Shown here piece after piece: positions 1 to 9,786 of a DNA stretch of 64,000 bases (position 1 is the stretch's first letter; each line of letters begins with the position of its first letter). The notes below the pieces were generated by a model. It was not told the origin of the DNA. It worked only from the letters and a program-made list of their open reading frames with translations, and did not search any database. The position numbers and the translations under genes were made by a program. Source of the stretch: a virus; the IMG/VR virus record IMGVR_UViG_3300042389_001739, positions 1 to 64,000 of that record; one strand, written 5' to 3'.

Positions 1-191
1 ACAGCGAACAAACGTAATTCTTTAGCAGGCAGCACACCATCTCGGGTAGCTACCCAAATCAACCAGTCTCCAGGCAACTTCTCCCAGCAATCTTGCATAG
101 ACGAACAGTTAGCAAGTGCCCATTCCCTACCGTCTTCGCATGCTGAGTGCAACTCACAGAACTCTTCGATTGTTAGATCAGGTTCGCTCAT
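1..191 (-). CDS. Paralog-family hypothetical protein (partial, runs off window start)
   Basis: Manual translation from ATG at 191: MSEPDLTIEEFCELHSACEDGREWALANCSSMQDCWEKLPGDWLIWVATRDGVLPAKELRLFA, highly similar to 178..783, 5548..6075 and 6063..6620. Not in the ORF track. Confidence 0.85.
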   Translation of the reverse strand, partial: MSEPDLTIEEFCELHSACEDGREWALANCSSMQDCWEKLPGDWLIWVATRDGVLPAKELRLFA

Positions 192-783
192 GATTTACTT
201 TTCTAAAGTTTGGTTTTGTGTTGGCCCGCAACCAGGCTGCCTGGGTATTCTGTGCCGCAACCTGTGCTGCACGGTATTCCGCATTTCCTGCAACATCATC
301 TGCCGCATCCCTCGCCGCAGCCCCTGCCGCAGCCGCTGCCGCAGTACATGCCGCAGCCCACGCCACATTATACGTTGCAGCCCTTACCGCCCTTGCTGCA
401 TGCCATGCCGCAGCTTCTTCCGTATAAAGTACCACAGCGTCTGCCGCAGTCCATGCCGCATCTAATTCCTCATCAGTTGCTTGGCCGTTAGCGTGTTTTT
501 CCGCAACCTCTACCGCATTTCTACTTCTTTCGTCTGGCATCAAATGCCAGATTTGACGACAGCAAAATACGGCGAACAAACGCAGTTGTTTGTCGGGCAG
601 CACGCCATCTCGGGTAGCTACCCAGATTAACGAGTTTGCATGCAACTTCTCCCAGCACTCCTGCAGCGATTTACAGTTATCGAGTGCCCATTCTCGCCCA
701 TCCTCGCACGCTTCGTGTAACTTGCAAAACTCTTTAATAGTCAAGTCAGATGCAACTGCTTTAGTTTTTGTTTGTTTTTGCAT
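178..783 (-). CDS. Paralog-family hypothetical protein (DLTIxEFCxLHxAC...GRxWAL family), Ala-rich C-terminus
   Basis: ORF 178..819; start moved to MQKQ at 783 (GGGGAG RBS upstream); motifs shared with four other ORFs in the window. Confidence 0.85.
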   Translation of the reverse strand: MQKQTKTKAVASDLTIKEFCKLHEACEDGREWALDNCKSLQECWEKLHANSLIWVATRDGVLPDKQLRLFAVFCCRQIWHLMPDERSRNAVEVAEKHANGQATDEELDAAWTAADAVVLYTEEAAAWHAARAVRAATYNVAWAAACTAAAAAAGAAARDAADDVAGNAEYRAAQVAAQNTQAAWLRANTKPNFRKVNHERT

Positions 784-784
784 T

Positions 785-1198
785 TTACTCTCCCCACACC
801 GGCACCACTTTGTAGCCATCAGCTTTATGCTCTTCCGCGTCCTGCTTACTGAGAAACAAGTAATACCGCATATTCAGCGAAACCTGCTTAAAAGCCCCTC
901 TTTTTTGACGCCAACAATCATCATCCTCATCTGCTGGCACAGCCGCCCAAAGTGGCTTATAGAGCTGTGCAGACTCGTCAGTTGGCTTTTCCGGATCAGT
1001 AGACGTGTCAGTCTGCTTCGATGCGTCCGCCAGTTGATCCACAATTTCGCAGGCAAGCTGATTAATGGTCGAGTTAACAATCGTCATTGCCTGATTTATC
1101 GTGGTTTCCCCGTGCACGTTAGGGTAGAAAACGGCGATATTAGTTAAGACTTCGAAATCTCTTTTAGCTTCTTTGTAATCATCCATCAATTTTCCCAT
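785..1198 (-). CDS. Hypothetical protein
   Basis: ORF 785..1261; likely start MGKLM at 1198 with GGGAG RBS; tight packing. Confidence 0.7.
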   Translation of the reverse strand: MGKLMDDYKEAKRDFEVLTNIAVFYPNVHGETTINQAMTIVNSTINQLACEIVDQLADASKQTDTSTDPEKPTDESAQLYKPLWAAVPADEDDDCWRQKRGAFKQVSLNMRYYLFLSKQDAEEHKADGYKVVPVWGE

Positions 1199-1326
1199 TA
1201 GTTGTCTCCCACTTTTCGTTTTTGTTGGTTCTTTAAATATGGATAGCGTGCACCGGCACATACGTGCTCCAGCACGTGTAAGGCGAACTATTCAGCCGCA
1301 TTTTCCGTAACCATTTTTTTAGCACT

Positions 1327-1662
1327 TCAAGCGTCTATTTTTACGCAAAAAGTTTTATCGCATGATTCACACTTATACCCATCCCAACGCTCTATTGCCG
1401 TCGAGTAATTAGTAGTACTGATAAAACGGTCAACCGGCTGCCTATAACCACAACGCGGACAAAAGTATGTCGCAAATCGTCTATCCGCAGTTGCCTGAGC
1501 TACGATTACAGCATTTTTTTGAACATCTACGTCGATTCTTGCCGTTGGAAACTCCAACGTCATTCTCAAATCACCGCCTTCAGGCATGTTGCTGTCATCG
1601 ATATAACCGGTAAACGGTTGTCCGGTCCTTGCTTTTAGAAGCTCTTCAAAAGATTTAGCCAT
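1327..1662 (-). CDS. Zn-ribbon hypothetical protein
   Basis: CPRC...CESC pair; start MAKSF with AGGAG RBS. Confidence 0.7.
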   Translation of the reverse strand: MAKSFEELLKARTGQPFTGYIDDSNMPEGGDLRMTLEFPTARIDVDVQKNAVIVAQATADRRFATYFCPRCGYRQPVDRFISTTNYSTAIERWDGYKCESCDKTFCVKIDA

Positions 1663-1737
1663 AAATGTTCTCCTGTACAAAGTTGGTCTCAGCACACAAG
1701 CTTAAATTCCAGATTTAAAGCCCCGCGCACGTTTTGT

Positions 1738-2013
1738 TTAACAGTCTGTAACACACTGCACGCAGGTTCGAATAATTTGATAAATTTCATAGCCCACAAT
1801 GCAATTAGGTGTGGCATGATGGGTATTATAGATCGTCACCGCAGCTTTGGCCTCTTTAACAGCGCTATCAAAGCTGCTGGCAGGGTTAGACCGCCAGATA
1901 CCAGATTGCGCTGTAGTTTTATTTGCTACAACAATTCTCCACTCATATGTAATGTGCTCTGAATTAACCCCGAGCGGTGCCGAGAACAACGCATGATCTT
2001 TTTTCGATGACAC
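1738..2013 (-). CDS. Hypothetical protein
   Basis: ORF with GAGGAG RBS upstream, operon packing. Confidence 0.65.
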   Translation of the reverse strand: MSSKKDHALFSAPLGVNSEHITYEWRIVVANKTTAQSGIWRSNPASSFDSAVKEAKAAVTIYNTHHATPNCIVGYEIYQIIRTCVQCVTDC

Positions 2014-2037
2014 AGCTTAACTCCTCAAGTTTCCTGT

Positions 2038-2547
2038 TTACATGTTGTTGAGTGAGTCGAGCACCCGGTCGTAACCTGCCCTATCAACTGCCTGTTCCAA
2101 CGCATCCGCTAGGACACGTTCACGTTCTTCTTCCGCTTCGCGCTGCTTGCGGTCTGCAATAATCTTTTGCGCCCGCTTTGTTTTCGCAATCTCGAGTAAT
2201 TCCGGATAGTCTGGTGCACATTCCGGATTAATCATCAAGAACGGTAACGAACTGCCACTGCCACCCCCGCCAAATTCTAAAGGGTTTGAGTCTCTAGGCC
2301 GCATGCAGCATATATAATCGCCACTAGAATCTTTACAGTATTTATCAATAACTATTTGCTCGTGCTGTGTTTTATCCAAATACAGCAGCACACGTTTAGG
2401 GGAATTTTTGAGATAAAAATCACAATTGTGGGGGTAAGTCTCTTTGACCCGAATATCGTAAATTGTAAACACATCTGCAACGTCGTTCACGTCGATGTAC
2501 TGTAAATACCCAAAGTGCGGTATTCCGCGTATGGCAATTCGATACAT
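2038..2547 (-). CDS. Hypothetical protein
   Basis: 169-aa ORF in minus-strand operon. Confidence 0.7.
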   Translation of the reverse strand: MYRIAIRGIPHFGYLQYIDVNDVADVFTIYDIRVKETYPHNCDFYLKNSPKRVLLYLDKTQHEQIVIDKYCKDSSGDYICCMRPRDSNPLEFGGGGSGSSLPFLMINPECAPDYPELLEIAKTKRAQKIIADRKQREAEEERERVLADALEQAVDRAGYDRVLDSLNNM

Positions 2548-2550
2548 GAT

Positions 2551-3195
2551 TTACCCTGTAATTCCTGCTTGTGCGGCGTGTAAGTGAGCTAACCAGTAAG
2601 ATCGGGATTCTTTTTGTTTTTCTCGCCAGGCTGTTTGCTGCGCTTCCAGGTGGGAAATCAAAAAACTGATTTGATTGTGGTAGGAGACCCAGGCGTCCGC
2701 CTCATGAAAAAACAGATCCTCCACCTTGCAATAAACATTTTGGCTGTACTCTGTGAATTCTCCTCCCAACGTGGGGGCCAAAGCCACGACACGGGAACCA
2801 TTAATTGATTCAATTTTTACCTTGTAAGGTGTTACAGGTTCTATGTTATCCGCTACCGCGGCGTCGGTGGGGGCGACATGCGTCCAGGCCAGGGCACCGA
2901 GTGCCCACACCTGCAAAGGCTTTTCTGGCACACCTTCCATTACGCGCCCGATCAGCTGCTTGGTCTCGAAGTACAAACTGCCAAGCTGATCTGTGCGAGT
3001 GCAACTGTCATCATCCAAACAAGCAACAAACCACTGAAGTGTTTTCAACATTTCAGGAGCTTGAGCAATCAAGTGGGCCTTGGCTTTATCGTCAGACGCA
3101 CAGTAAATTCCGGCCACAGGCGTATTGCCGTCTACGACTTGCCAATGCCCTGGTAATGATTCACGGGCTGTCCAGCGTGATTCTGTAAGATCCAT
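2551..3195 (-). CDS. Phage hypothetical protein (N-terminal W...A.LIA.APEML-type domain)
   Basis: KAKAHLIAQAPEML resembles a motif widespread in phage early proteins. Confidence 0.7.
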   Translation of the reverse strand: MDLTESRWTARESLPGHWQVVDGNTPVAGIYCASDDKAKAHLIAQAPEMLKTLQWFVACLDDDSCTRTDQLGSLYFETKQLIGRVMEGVPEKPLQVWALGALAWTHVAPTDAAVADNIEPVTPYKVKIESINGSRVVALAPTLGGEFTEYSQNVYCKVEDLFFHEADAWVSYHNQISFLISHLEAQQTAWREKQKESRSYWLAHLHAAQAGITG

Positions 3196-3205
3196 TATGT
3201 TTACC

Positions 3206-3769
3206 TTAAATAGTTTCGTCAGAAAAATTCGATTCGCTGCGGATACCGCTCAACCAATCAGGATGATTAGCCCGGAGCCAGGCATACGCTTCCTTGATGT
3301 TGACGTACACTGCAAACCCGTTAGGGTCATCGCTGTGCGGTAGTTTTGGTATATGCTCCAGGTAGGCAAAGAAATCCAGGGCCATCGGATCTTTCACCAC
3401 ATAAGCCATGTAGTCCAAAACGCCGTCTGCAGCATAATCACCGCCCCAGTCCTCATCGGCCAATTCTACCAGCGTGGTGAATTCGGCGCCTTTAAAGTAT
3501 TCCGTGCAATCAAGTTCTACCGTTTTATTGCCGCAATCAGAGCGTACGGTACAAGTCACGCGAACGTCGTCCTCCAATTCCGGTTCGTCGTCATCCTCCG
3601 CCCGTTCAATCACCAGCTTGTAATGCAGCAACTCCAGCGCGTCGCCGTACATGACCAGCTTGTCCTGCGGCGTATTGCCGTCGTATTGTTGGAGTAATTC
3701 AGTGCGCTGGTTTTCATCCAGCGTGCTGACTAACACTGCGTTGTATTTTGGTTTGTTGTGCTGACTCAT
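3206..3769 (-). CDS. Acidic hypothetical protein
   Basis: 187-aa ORF with ATGA coupling to the upstream gene. Confidence 0.7.
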   Translation of the reverse strand: MSQHNKPKYNAVLVSTLDENQRTELLQQYDGNTPQDKLVMYGDALELLHYKLVIERAEDDDEPELEDDVRVTCTVRSDCGNKTVELDCTEYFKGAEFTTLVELADEDWGGDYAADGVLDYMAYVVKDPMALDFFAYLEHIPKLPHSDDPNGFAVYVNIKEAYAWLRANHPDWLSGIRSESNFSDETI

Positions 3770-4644
3770 CGTGATTGAACTTTCTTAAAGTTGGGTTTAA
3801 TGTGTTTTCGTAGCCAGGCGGCTTGTGCGGCCCTGGCTCGTGCGATGGCCGCAAGTTTATCTGCCTCAGTGTCAAAATTTAAGCTGGCGGCCTCTGCTGC
3901 GCGTGCGGCGATACAGGTAATATCGTTTTGTTTGCCAGAAGCGATACAAGCTGCATCTTTCGTATCAGTGCCTAGCTTACTCAACAAACGTTGCGCAATT
4001 TCGGTATCTTCTGTCTGCTCCAAAAAATGCCAGGTGATGTTTAAACAGTACACAGCAAAGCGAAATCGTTCTTTAATTGTCAGCACTTGCGGCTGTGTAG
4101 CAATCACGAGGAGTGCGTGAGGTTCTACCTTGTCCCAACACTCCTGCATTGTTTGGCCCTGCAGCGTCCACGGCATTCCCTGCAGAAAATGTTTGGCACA
4201 AAATTCATCGATTGACATATCACGGTCTTCAGCCGGATCACCGCACTTCGCCTGCAGCTTCCGCATAATTGTGTGCGCCACTCGATCTAACTTATCCACC
4301 AATGTCTGCCGCTGCGTTTTAAATTCTTGTCGCTTTTCCGCAGTGTTAGCGAAAATCTCAAAGTCAGCCGCGGTGTGAATTTTTTCCGAAATCTCCTGAT
4401 ACTCTGCCAACAGTTGACTGACGGCGCGCAACGGCCTTAACACAGCGGCCAGCTGCAGAATTTTGGCAGGGTCGGCAGTCGTAATATGGTTTACAATACG
4501 CGGGTCAAGCTGTTTTACTTCGAACAGTATGTCGTTCTCGTCATCAACTACATACCCTTGACGTGTCTCACGCCAGTTCTTGTTTTGGACGCGGACCGCG
4601 TGATATTGCAGACTTTCCAGCAATTCCTCGAGTTCTGTGATCAT
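3766..4644 (-). CDS. Fusion protein; C-terminal half is a paralog-family domain
   Basis: C-terminal DMSIDEFCAKH...MQECWDK...VLTIKERFRFAVYC...AQAAWLRKHIKPNFKK matches the family. Confidence 0.75.
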   Translation of the reverse strand: MITELEELLESLQYHAVRVQNKNWRETRQGYVVDDENDILFEVKQLDPRIVNHITTADPAKILQLAAVLRPLRAVSQLLAEYQEISEKIHTAADFEIFANTAEKRQEFKTQRQTLVDKLDRVAHTIMRKLQAKCGDPAEDRDMSIDEFCAKHFLQGMPWTLQGQTMQECWDKVEPHALLVIATQPQVLTIKERFRFAVYCLNITWHFLEQTEDTEIAQRLLSKLGTDTKDAACIASGKQNDITCIAARAAEAASLNFDTEADKLAAIARARAAQAAWLRKHIKPNFKKVQSR

Positions 4645-4877
4645 GGTTGGTTTTCCTTAAAACTGGATTTTAAACGATGCGTCCAAACCCCGGGTTTGTC
4701 CCAGAGCTTTAACAGTTTAGTAATATCGTCGCCGTATTTACAGTAAATTGTAAAATGCCGCAACATTTTTGTCCTGTTATGTGTTTTTTCTATCACAACC
4801 GGACGGTAATTTGCAGGCAATAGCGGCAAAGTCGGTCGCTCGTAAGCGGTATAAAAAACGATTCCAGCCTGTTTCAT
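4641..4877 (-). CDS. Hypothetical protein
   Basis: ATGA-coupled at both ends. Confidence 0.6.
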   Translation of the reverse strand: MKQAGIVFYTAYERPTLPLLPANYRPVVIEKTHNRTKMLRHFTIYCKYGDDITKLLKLWDKPGVWTHRLKSSFKENQP

Positions 4878-5134
4878 AATGACACCTTATCTTCAAACGA
4901 GGCTCCGCAGGCAATACGGTTACCCAGCGCATCCATCGCTTTGAGATCAGTATCTTTAGCCACGTCCGTCCATCGCTGTCGAATTTCCGCCACGTCTTCT
5001 TGCAGTTGTGGATCAAAGTATTCCAGAAAGAACTGTAGCGCGTTGACCAGCATGTACCGCTCAGTCTGTGTCACCCGCAGACTGGTGGAAAACTCTGGCA
5101 CTCGTCTTTGCGGTTTTGGTTCAGCTTCACTCAT
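4874..5134 (-). CDS. Hypothetical protein
   Basis: AGGAG RBS, operon packing. Confidence 0.65.
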   Translation of the reverse strand: MSEAEPKPQRRVPEFSTSLRVTQTERYMLVNALQFFLEYFDPQLQEDVAEIRQRWTDVAKDTDLKAMDALGNRIACGASFEDKVSL

Positions 5135-5277
5135 GCATCACTCCTAAACAAAACACCACAGCGACTGTGATGACGTTAAAACCCTCATAAACGGCCGTAA
5201 ATGGCCCTTGGTTGCGTTTACACGCTAAAGTAGATTAAAACCTCTACGTGTGCTGCTAAACGCTAAAAACGCAAATT

Positions 5278-5544
5278 TTATTGCAATACAGCCATGGACT
5301 TCACGTCCATCGTCATCAGCACGTCCATGACGTAGGTTTTGGCCAGCACGGTTTTCGGTCGTGGCTGCTTTGTTTTGTAAATCAGGTTGTAAGCCTTTTC
5401 GCGTGCCTCCAGGCGTGAACTGCTGGATTTCACCAGGATCAAGTGGTGTTTATTTTGCCGGGTTACGCCGATCATCACCGGCACTGTCGTGCGATGCAGC
5501 AATTCCTCAAGCAACTGATCGCGATTTCCAAGGCTTTTTGTCAT
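5278..5544 (-). CDS. Hypothetical protein
   Basis: 88-aa ORF in operon. Confidence 0.6.
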   Translation of the reverse strand: MTKSLGNRDQLLEELLHRTTVPVMIGVTRQNKHHLILVKSSSSRLEAREKAYNLIYKTKQPRPKTVLAKTYVMDVLMTMDVKSMAVLQ

Positions 5545-5547
5545 CGG

Positions 5548-6075
5548 TTAATCCTGTGCTTTTTTGAAATTAGGTTCGGTATTGGCACGCAGCCAGGCCA
5601 TCTGTTTAGTTTTCAGCTCATCCGATTGTAAACCGTTTTCTTTTGATGCCTCGCATGCGTAGGTGGACACCAGGAGCATTGCTTCCGCAGCATAGGAAAA
5701 CAAAGCACACCGAACCGTAGTACGCGCAGAAAATTGCGGCTTTTGTCTAACAGGTGTCTCAGCTACGGCTGTGTAAACGGCAGTCAACTCTTCGGGTTCG
5801 GCCTGTCCGTTGGCATAGCGTTCCAAAAATTCTACAGCATCACGGCATTCTCGGTTCGGTAAGAATTGCCAGATTTCACGACAGCAGAACGCAAAGTAAA
5901 GCCGTATTTCTTTTTCCGTTAAAACGCCATCCCGAGCTGCGACCCAGAGTAAATCGTCATAGGGCAACCGCTCCCAACATTCCTGCATGGAACTACAGTG
6001 CGTAAGCGCCCAGTCGCGACCGCTGGGGCAGGCATCGTGCAATTCACAGAACTCTTCGATGGTTAAGTCGGGCAT
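5548..6075 (-). CDS. Paralog-family hypothetical protein
   Basis: MPDLTIEEFCELHDAC...GRDWAL...QMAWLRANTEPNF. Confidence 0.85.
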   Translation of the reverse strand: MPDLTIEEFCELHDACPSGRDWALTHCSSMQECWERLPYDDLLWVAARDGVLTEKEIRLYFAFCCREIWQFLPNRECRDAVEFLERYANGQAEPEELTAVYTAVAETPVRQKPQFSARTTVRCALFSYAAEAMLLVSTYACEASKENGLQSDELKTKQMAWLRANTEPNFKKAQD

Positions 6076-6620
6076 AGGGCTTCTCGCGTAAAATTGGGTC
6101 TAGTGTTGGCACGCAGCCAGGTCATCTGTTTAAGCTTTAGCTCATTGGACGACAAACCGGCAGCCTCTAGTGCGGCACAAGCGTAACCCGCTGTTGCGTA
6201 TAAAGCGCCCACCGGGCGTGTCGCGCCTGCACAGATCGCTGCAAGTCTCGCGTTGTAGTATTGTTTCGGTAGATTATCCGTATACCGGATCACCGACAAA
6301 GATATAGGCGACACAGCATCAGCTGCTGAAATTAACTCATAAAAGTTCACCTGCTTGTTTGCGTAAAGTTCAGCCAAGTCTACAAGCCGCCGCCAATGTG
6401 GATCTGTCATGAACTGCCAGATTTCACGGCAGCAAAACACACAAAAGAGACGACATTCTACATCAGTTAATACGCCATTACGCACAGCGACCCAGCGTAA
6501 ATAATCATACGGCATTTTGTTCCAGCATTCCTGCATGGAACTACAGTGTGTAAGCGCCCAGTCGCGGCCATCTTCACAGGCATCGTGCAATTCACAAAAC
6601 TCTTCGATGGTTAAGTCCAT
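6063..6620 (-). CDS. Paralog-family hypothetical protein
   Basis: MDLTIEEFCELHDACEDGRDWAL...QMTWLRANTRPNF; nucleotide similarity to its neighbour is visible. Confidence 0.85.
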   Translation of the reverse strand: MDLTIEEFCELHDACEDGRDWALTHCSSMQECWNKMPYDYLRWVAVRNGVLTDVECRLFCVFCCREIWQFMTDPHWRRLVDLAELYANKQVNFYELISAADAVSPISLSVIRYTDNLPKQYYNARLAAICAGATRPVGALYATAGYACAALEAAGLSSNELKLKQMTWLRANTRPNFTREALCPT

Positions 6621-6622
6621 AT

Positions 6623-6901
6623 TTAGCGCTCATTTGCTTTAAAGGCTTTCCAGATCGGCAGCCACCAGTAATTGGATCCCGCCGCCACATAACCGATGAA
6701 ATACCACGTACTGGTATCACCTTCCTTAAAGGATGATTCAGGTCGCGCACAGTACGCCTGGGCCTTTTCCAGCGTATCTACACGTCCGACTACTTCTTCT
6801 TCTGCCGGGTTGTCCGGATGTGGGTACTTAATCAGCAGATAACCCTTAGCATGGTCAGTTTTTTTCCCGACCCCTAACTGATACAGCGGATTCATGGGCA
6901 T
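6623..6901 (-). CDS. Hypothetical protein
   Basis: 92-aa ORF with stop/start overlap. Confidence 0.65.
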   Translation of the reverse strand: MPMNPLYQLGVGKKTDHAKGYLLIKYPHPDNPAEEEVVGRVDTLEKAQAYCARPESSFKEGDTSTWYFIGYVAAGSNYWWLPIWKAFKANER

Positions 6902-7443
6902 TAGGGTGCTCCCCGGCGGCGTAAGCGCCGAAACGTTGGAGGTAAAAGCACAACAGGCGGTGCTTTTTTCGGTGGCAGGGGTGGAACAAAACTTGGATCG
7001 AAGCAGATAGGCTCTTCTTCAAATAGCTCCACATAAGCTTTTCGTGCAGGCACCCATTCGTCTTCATTATCCCAGCAACCATCGCTGCTGATTTTAATCG
7101 CATCGGGTGCGATTGCCAGCACTCGCAGCAGTGTAAGACAGACGGCCAAGTCGTATGGCTTTCGCGCTGTCTTGCAGTACAAATCTACTGGGGGCATCGA
7201 ACTAAGATAATCTTCAGGCCAGCGGAGCAATACAAAATCTTCGCAGCTTAATTTCTTTATTCCGTTAAAGCTGAGAATATCGAAGGCATATCTGGTCGGT
7301 TTATTAGAACCCCGGCTATCTCTCAGCTCAATTTCGTGCTTTTCGCGACAATATTTTTCAATTGCAAGTGTATTTAATTGGATAGCCGACCATTCTTTTG
7401 CCGTAAAATCTCTGGTTTGCGTGTAGTAATGTGTATACCCCAT
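6901..7443 (-). CDS. Conserved phage/MGE hypothetical protein (MGYTHY...CKTARKPYD...SSDG family)
   Basis: Recognisable motif set of a common uncharacterised family. Confidence 0.75.
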   Translation of the reverse strand: MGYTHYYTQTRDFTAKEWSAIQLNTLAIEKYCREKHEIELRDSRGSNKPTRYAFDILSFNGIKKLSCEDFVLLRWPEDYLSSMPPVDLYCKTARKPYDLAVCLTLLRVLAIAPDAIKISSDGCWDNEDEWVPARKAYVELFEEEPICFDPSFVPPLPPKKAPPVVLLPPTFRRLRRRGAP

Positions 7444-7616
7444 AGTTTACTCGCGTAAATGGTGTTATTCCTTTGATTTGAAAATCGTGTCCGTGAGCGT
7501 ATCCCGGGTGATACCCAGAAACCAGATCAGGGAATACGCCCCAACCACGGTAAAAGCCGTCAGCACAAACAGCAAAAACGCCCAGCAGAAGCGCCAGAAT
7601 TCCTGCAGCAATTCTA

Positions 7617-7868
7617 TTACTTTTCGCATGTCGATTCCTTTGCATCAATTCGAATTACCGCCGACAGTCTGCTGGTTCTGTAGTTTTGTGGTGGTACCTT
7701 GTCGTCCAGCACACGGTAACTGCTTTGATTGATTTTTTCACATTTCGTCGCTGTGTTTGGGAATTTGAACAATTCCTGGTCAGCCAGATAATCAAAAAGC
7801 GTAGCATCATCGCCATACAGGCTCTTAGCCCAAAGATAGGCTTCCACGGCTTTTGACTTAAAACTCAT
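7617..7868 (-). CDS. Hypothetical protein
   Basis: ORF in operon. Confidence 0.5.
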   Translation of the reverse strand: MSFKSKAVEAYLWAKSLYGDDATLFDYLADQELFKFPNTATKCEKINQSSYRVLDDKVPPQNYRTSRLSAVIRIDAKESTCEK

Positions 7869-7876
7869 CAGCTAAT

Positions 7877-8194
7877 TCAGACTCCAAAATGAATTTGTTT
7901 CTTGAAAGCCTTAGTTTCAGCGATCTCAGCATAATTTTCAGGGTAGGTGTAACAGAGAATCGCAGGGTAAAAATTTTTACCCTGCTTTTTGTACTGTTTT
8001 CCTACTGCAAAAAATTCGACGTCTTCCGATTCAAGTACTGTGAAGTAAATCCAGTGCTTGTTGTCTTTGGCGTAGCAGGCATCAATCGAAATGCGTGCGA
8101 CAATTTTTATATTTTTATGCCACTTTGGCTTGGTTCGAGATCCTGTGAAAACAGGAAAATTAGCCGTAAAAATCGTACCGAGCACGGCGTTCAT
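7877..8194 (-). CDS. Hypothetical protein
   Basis: 105-aa ORF, lower GC. Confidence 0.65.
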   Translation of the reverse strand: MNAVLGTIFTANFPVFTGSRTKPKWHKNIKIVARISIDACYAKDNKHWIYFTVLESEDVEFFAVGKQYKKQGKNFYPAILCYTYPENYAEIAETKAFKKQIHFGV

Positions 8195-8224
8195 ATGAGA
8201 TTCTTTGTGTTAAAATTCAGCGGA

Positions 8225-8605
8225 TTAAACAATTCTGCTGTATACTGCACCACTGCTTTCCAGCTGCTGTTGTGCGTATTCTGTAGCGAACTCACACACC
8301 AACAGACCTGGCCTAAAATCCGGATTTAGTGGCTTTGAGTTTGTCAGTTCATCCAGTGCAAGATGAGCGCGCTGCCACAATTTTAGAATGTTCAGCACGA
8401 CGATTAAACTTTCATGCGGCGCTGCGGTAACGACCAATGTAGCGCCTTGCTGTAAGTGCCTTGCGTGTGTTGTCAACCGAGTCAGCGTTTCAACCGCGTC
8501 TGCCAATTCTTCCTTACTTACCGGCTCACCGGTCACAGCCCGAAAGAAAACGAAACCAGCCGCGGAGGTTTTTGCGGTATCCCAATCTGTCAAATGCTCT
8601 GCCAT
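8225..8605 (-). CDS. Hypothetical protein
   Basis: AAGGA RBS, operon packing. Confidence 0.65.
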   Translation of the reverse strand: MAEHLTDWDTAKTSAAGFVFFRAVTGEPVSKEELADAVETLTRLTTHARHLQQGATLVVTAAPHESLIVVLNILKLWQRAHLALDELTNSKPLNPDFRPGLLVCEFATEYAQQQLESSGAVYSRIV

Positions 8606-8623
8606 TTTAACTTCCTTGTAAGC

Positions 8624-9376
8624 TTAACCTTCAATTTCCAGTTGTCTAAACACTTCGGGCTTACGCTGTACAACGGTTTCCCAGACTGTGCTGCTCGCAT
8701 ACTTCCGCTGTAAGTCATACACCACATCCTGCCCGTGGGGTCCGGCGTTACCGTCCTGTGGGCTAAAATGGGCGGCGACCATAATTCCCATAGGATAGGC
8801 CCTGGTCGCCCAGTCTTCGATTTTTTCTTCTAGTTCTGGCTTGGTTATTTCTGTTCCTATTTCGTCCTTAACCTGGATTAACCTTATCACGGTAGGCACA
8901 TCCGTGTTGTTGGTTAAGTTCAGTTCAATCCTGGCAATGTCTGCCGCAATTGCAGCGTTGTAGAGCGCAGCTGGTAACGGAACTGCGCCGCCAAGCACGC
9001 GTTCAATTGGGAGACTTGTCAGCTGTAGCTTGGACGCCACTTTTGGGCCGTAAAACCGCCTAGGCAGTTCCTGCCAATCCTGAATCGATTGAGTTTCTTG
9101 CGCGATATCATACGCAACAAGAACTCCTGCACGGACGCCAGGTTGTAAACTGTACCGATAGTTATGCGAAGCCCATTTATAGATTGCTTGTTCAACGGCT
9201 AACTGCCCCTGAAATTCCTGTTCAAATCCGTCTTGCTGACAGAGCAGCTGTAATTCTACCCTTGTGGAATTGCCTGCATTTTCGTGATCTGGTGTAGTAA
9301 TGCGTAAAACTACTTTACTAATTCCGGCTTTTCGGCAAAGAATATACAAATCAGCATCAAACGGCAAAAGTTCCAT
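8624..9376 (-). CDS. Hypothetical protein with internal tandem domain duplication
   Basis: Halves align: LYILCRKAGISKVVLRIT...IYKWA...VAYDI vs LYNAAIAADIARIELNLT...IEDWA...VVYDL. Confidence 0.7.
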   Translation of the reverse strand: MELLPFDADLYILCRKAGISKVVLRITTPDHENAGNSTRVELQLLCQQDGFEQEFQGQLAVEQAIYKWASHNYRYSLQPGVRAGVLVAYDIAQETQSIQDWQELPRRFYGPKVASKLQLTSLPIERVLGGAVPLPAALYNAAIAADIARIELNLTNNTDVPTVIRLIQVKDEIGTEITKPELEEKIEDWATRAYPMGIMVAAHFSPQDGNAGPHGQDVVYDLQRKYASSTVWETVVQRKPEVFRQLEIEG

Positions 9377-9377
9377 A

Positions 9378-9572
9378 TCATTTCATCTTTCGGGATTTAG
9401 AGTAATAGCGGTGAATCAACGCACTGGTTTCTGCTTTTCGCTTTGCCAGTGCACAGTCTGCGTGCGTTGTAAACAGGTTGCTGTAATAACTGGCCGAGTT
9501 TCCGTATTTACGTGCGCGTTCCTCGGCTGAAGGAACGAGTACAATCGGTTTATTGCAGACTGTACAGTTCAT
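9378..9572 (-). CDS. Small Cys/His protein
   Basis: CTVC...HADC, putative Zn finger. Confidence 0.65.
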   Translation of the reverse strand: MNCTVCNKPIVLVPSAEERARKYGNSASYYSNLFTTHADCALAKRKAETSALIHRYYSKSRKMK

Positions 9573-9784
9573 GCGTGTCCAGACCTTATTAAGTCAGTTA
9601 ATTTGAAAAAATTCACAATTTCCCAGCTGGGCATCGTTTTCGAATCGTCCAGCTGGATTAGCGCGTCACGTCTGCCGACGCGGCAATTCCGCACCGCCGC
9701 CGCACAGGGGAGAGCATAACGCGTATCCTTAGGCGGAAAGTGATTGAACTGCAAGTGCCAGTTAATAATGTTTTCCAACAACAT
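9569..9784 (-). CDS. Hypothetical protein
   Basis: ATGA coupling. Confidence 0.6.
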   Translation of the reverse strand: MLLENIINWHLQFNHFPPKDTRYALPCAAAVRNCRVGRRDALIQLDDSKTMPSWEIVNFFKLTDLIRSGHA

Positions 9785-9786
9785 GA

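Noticed and set aside
1-6620. Diversity-generating retroelement as the explanation for the paralogs
   Set aside because: No reverse transcriptase and no TR/VR pair with adenine-specific differences seen
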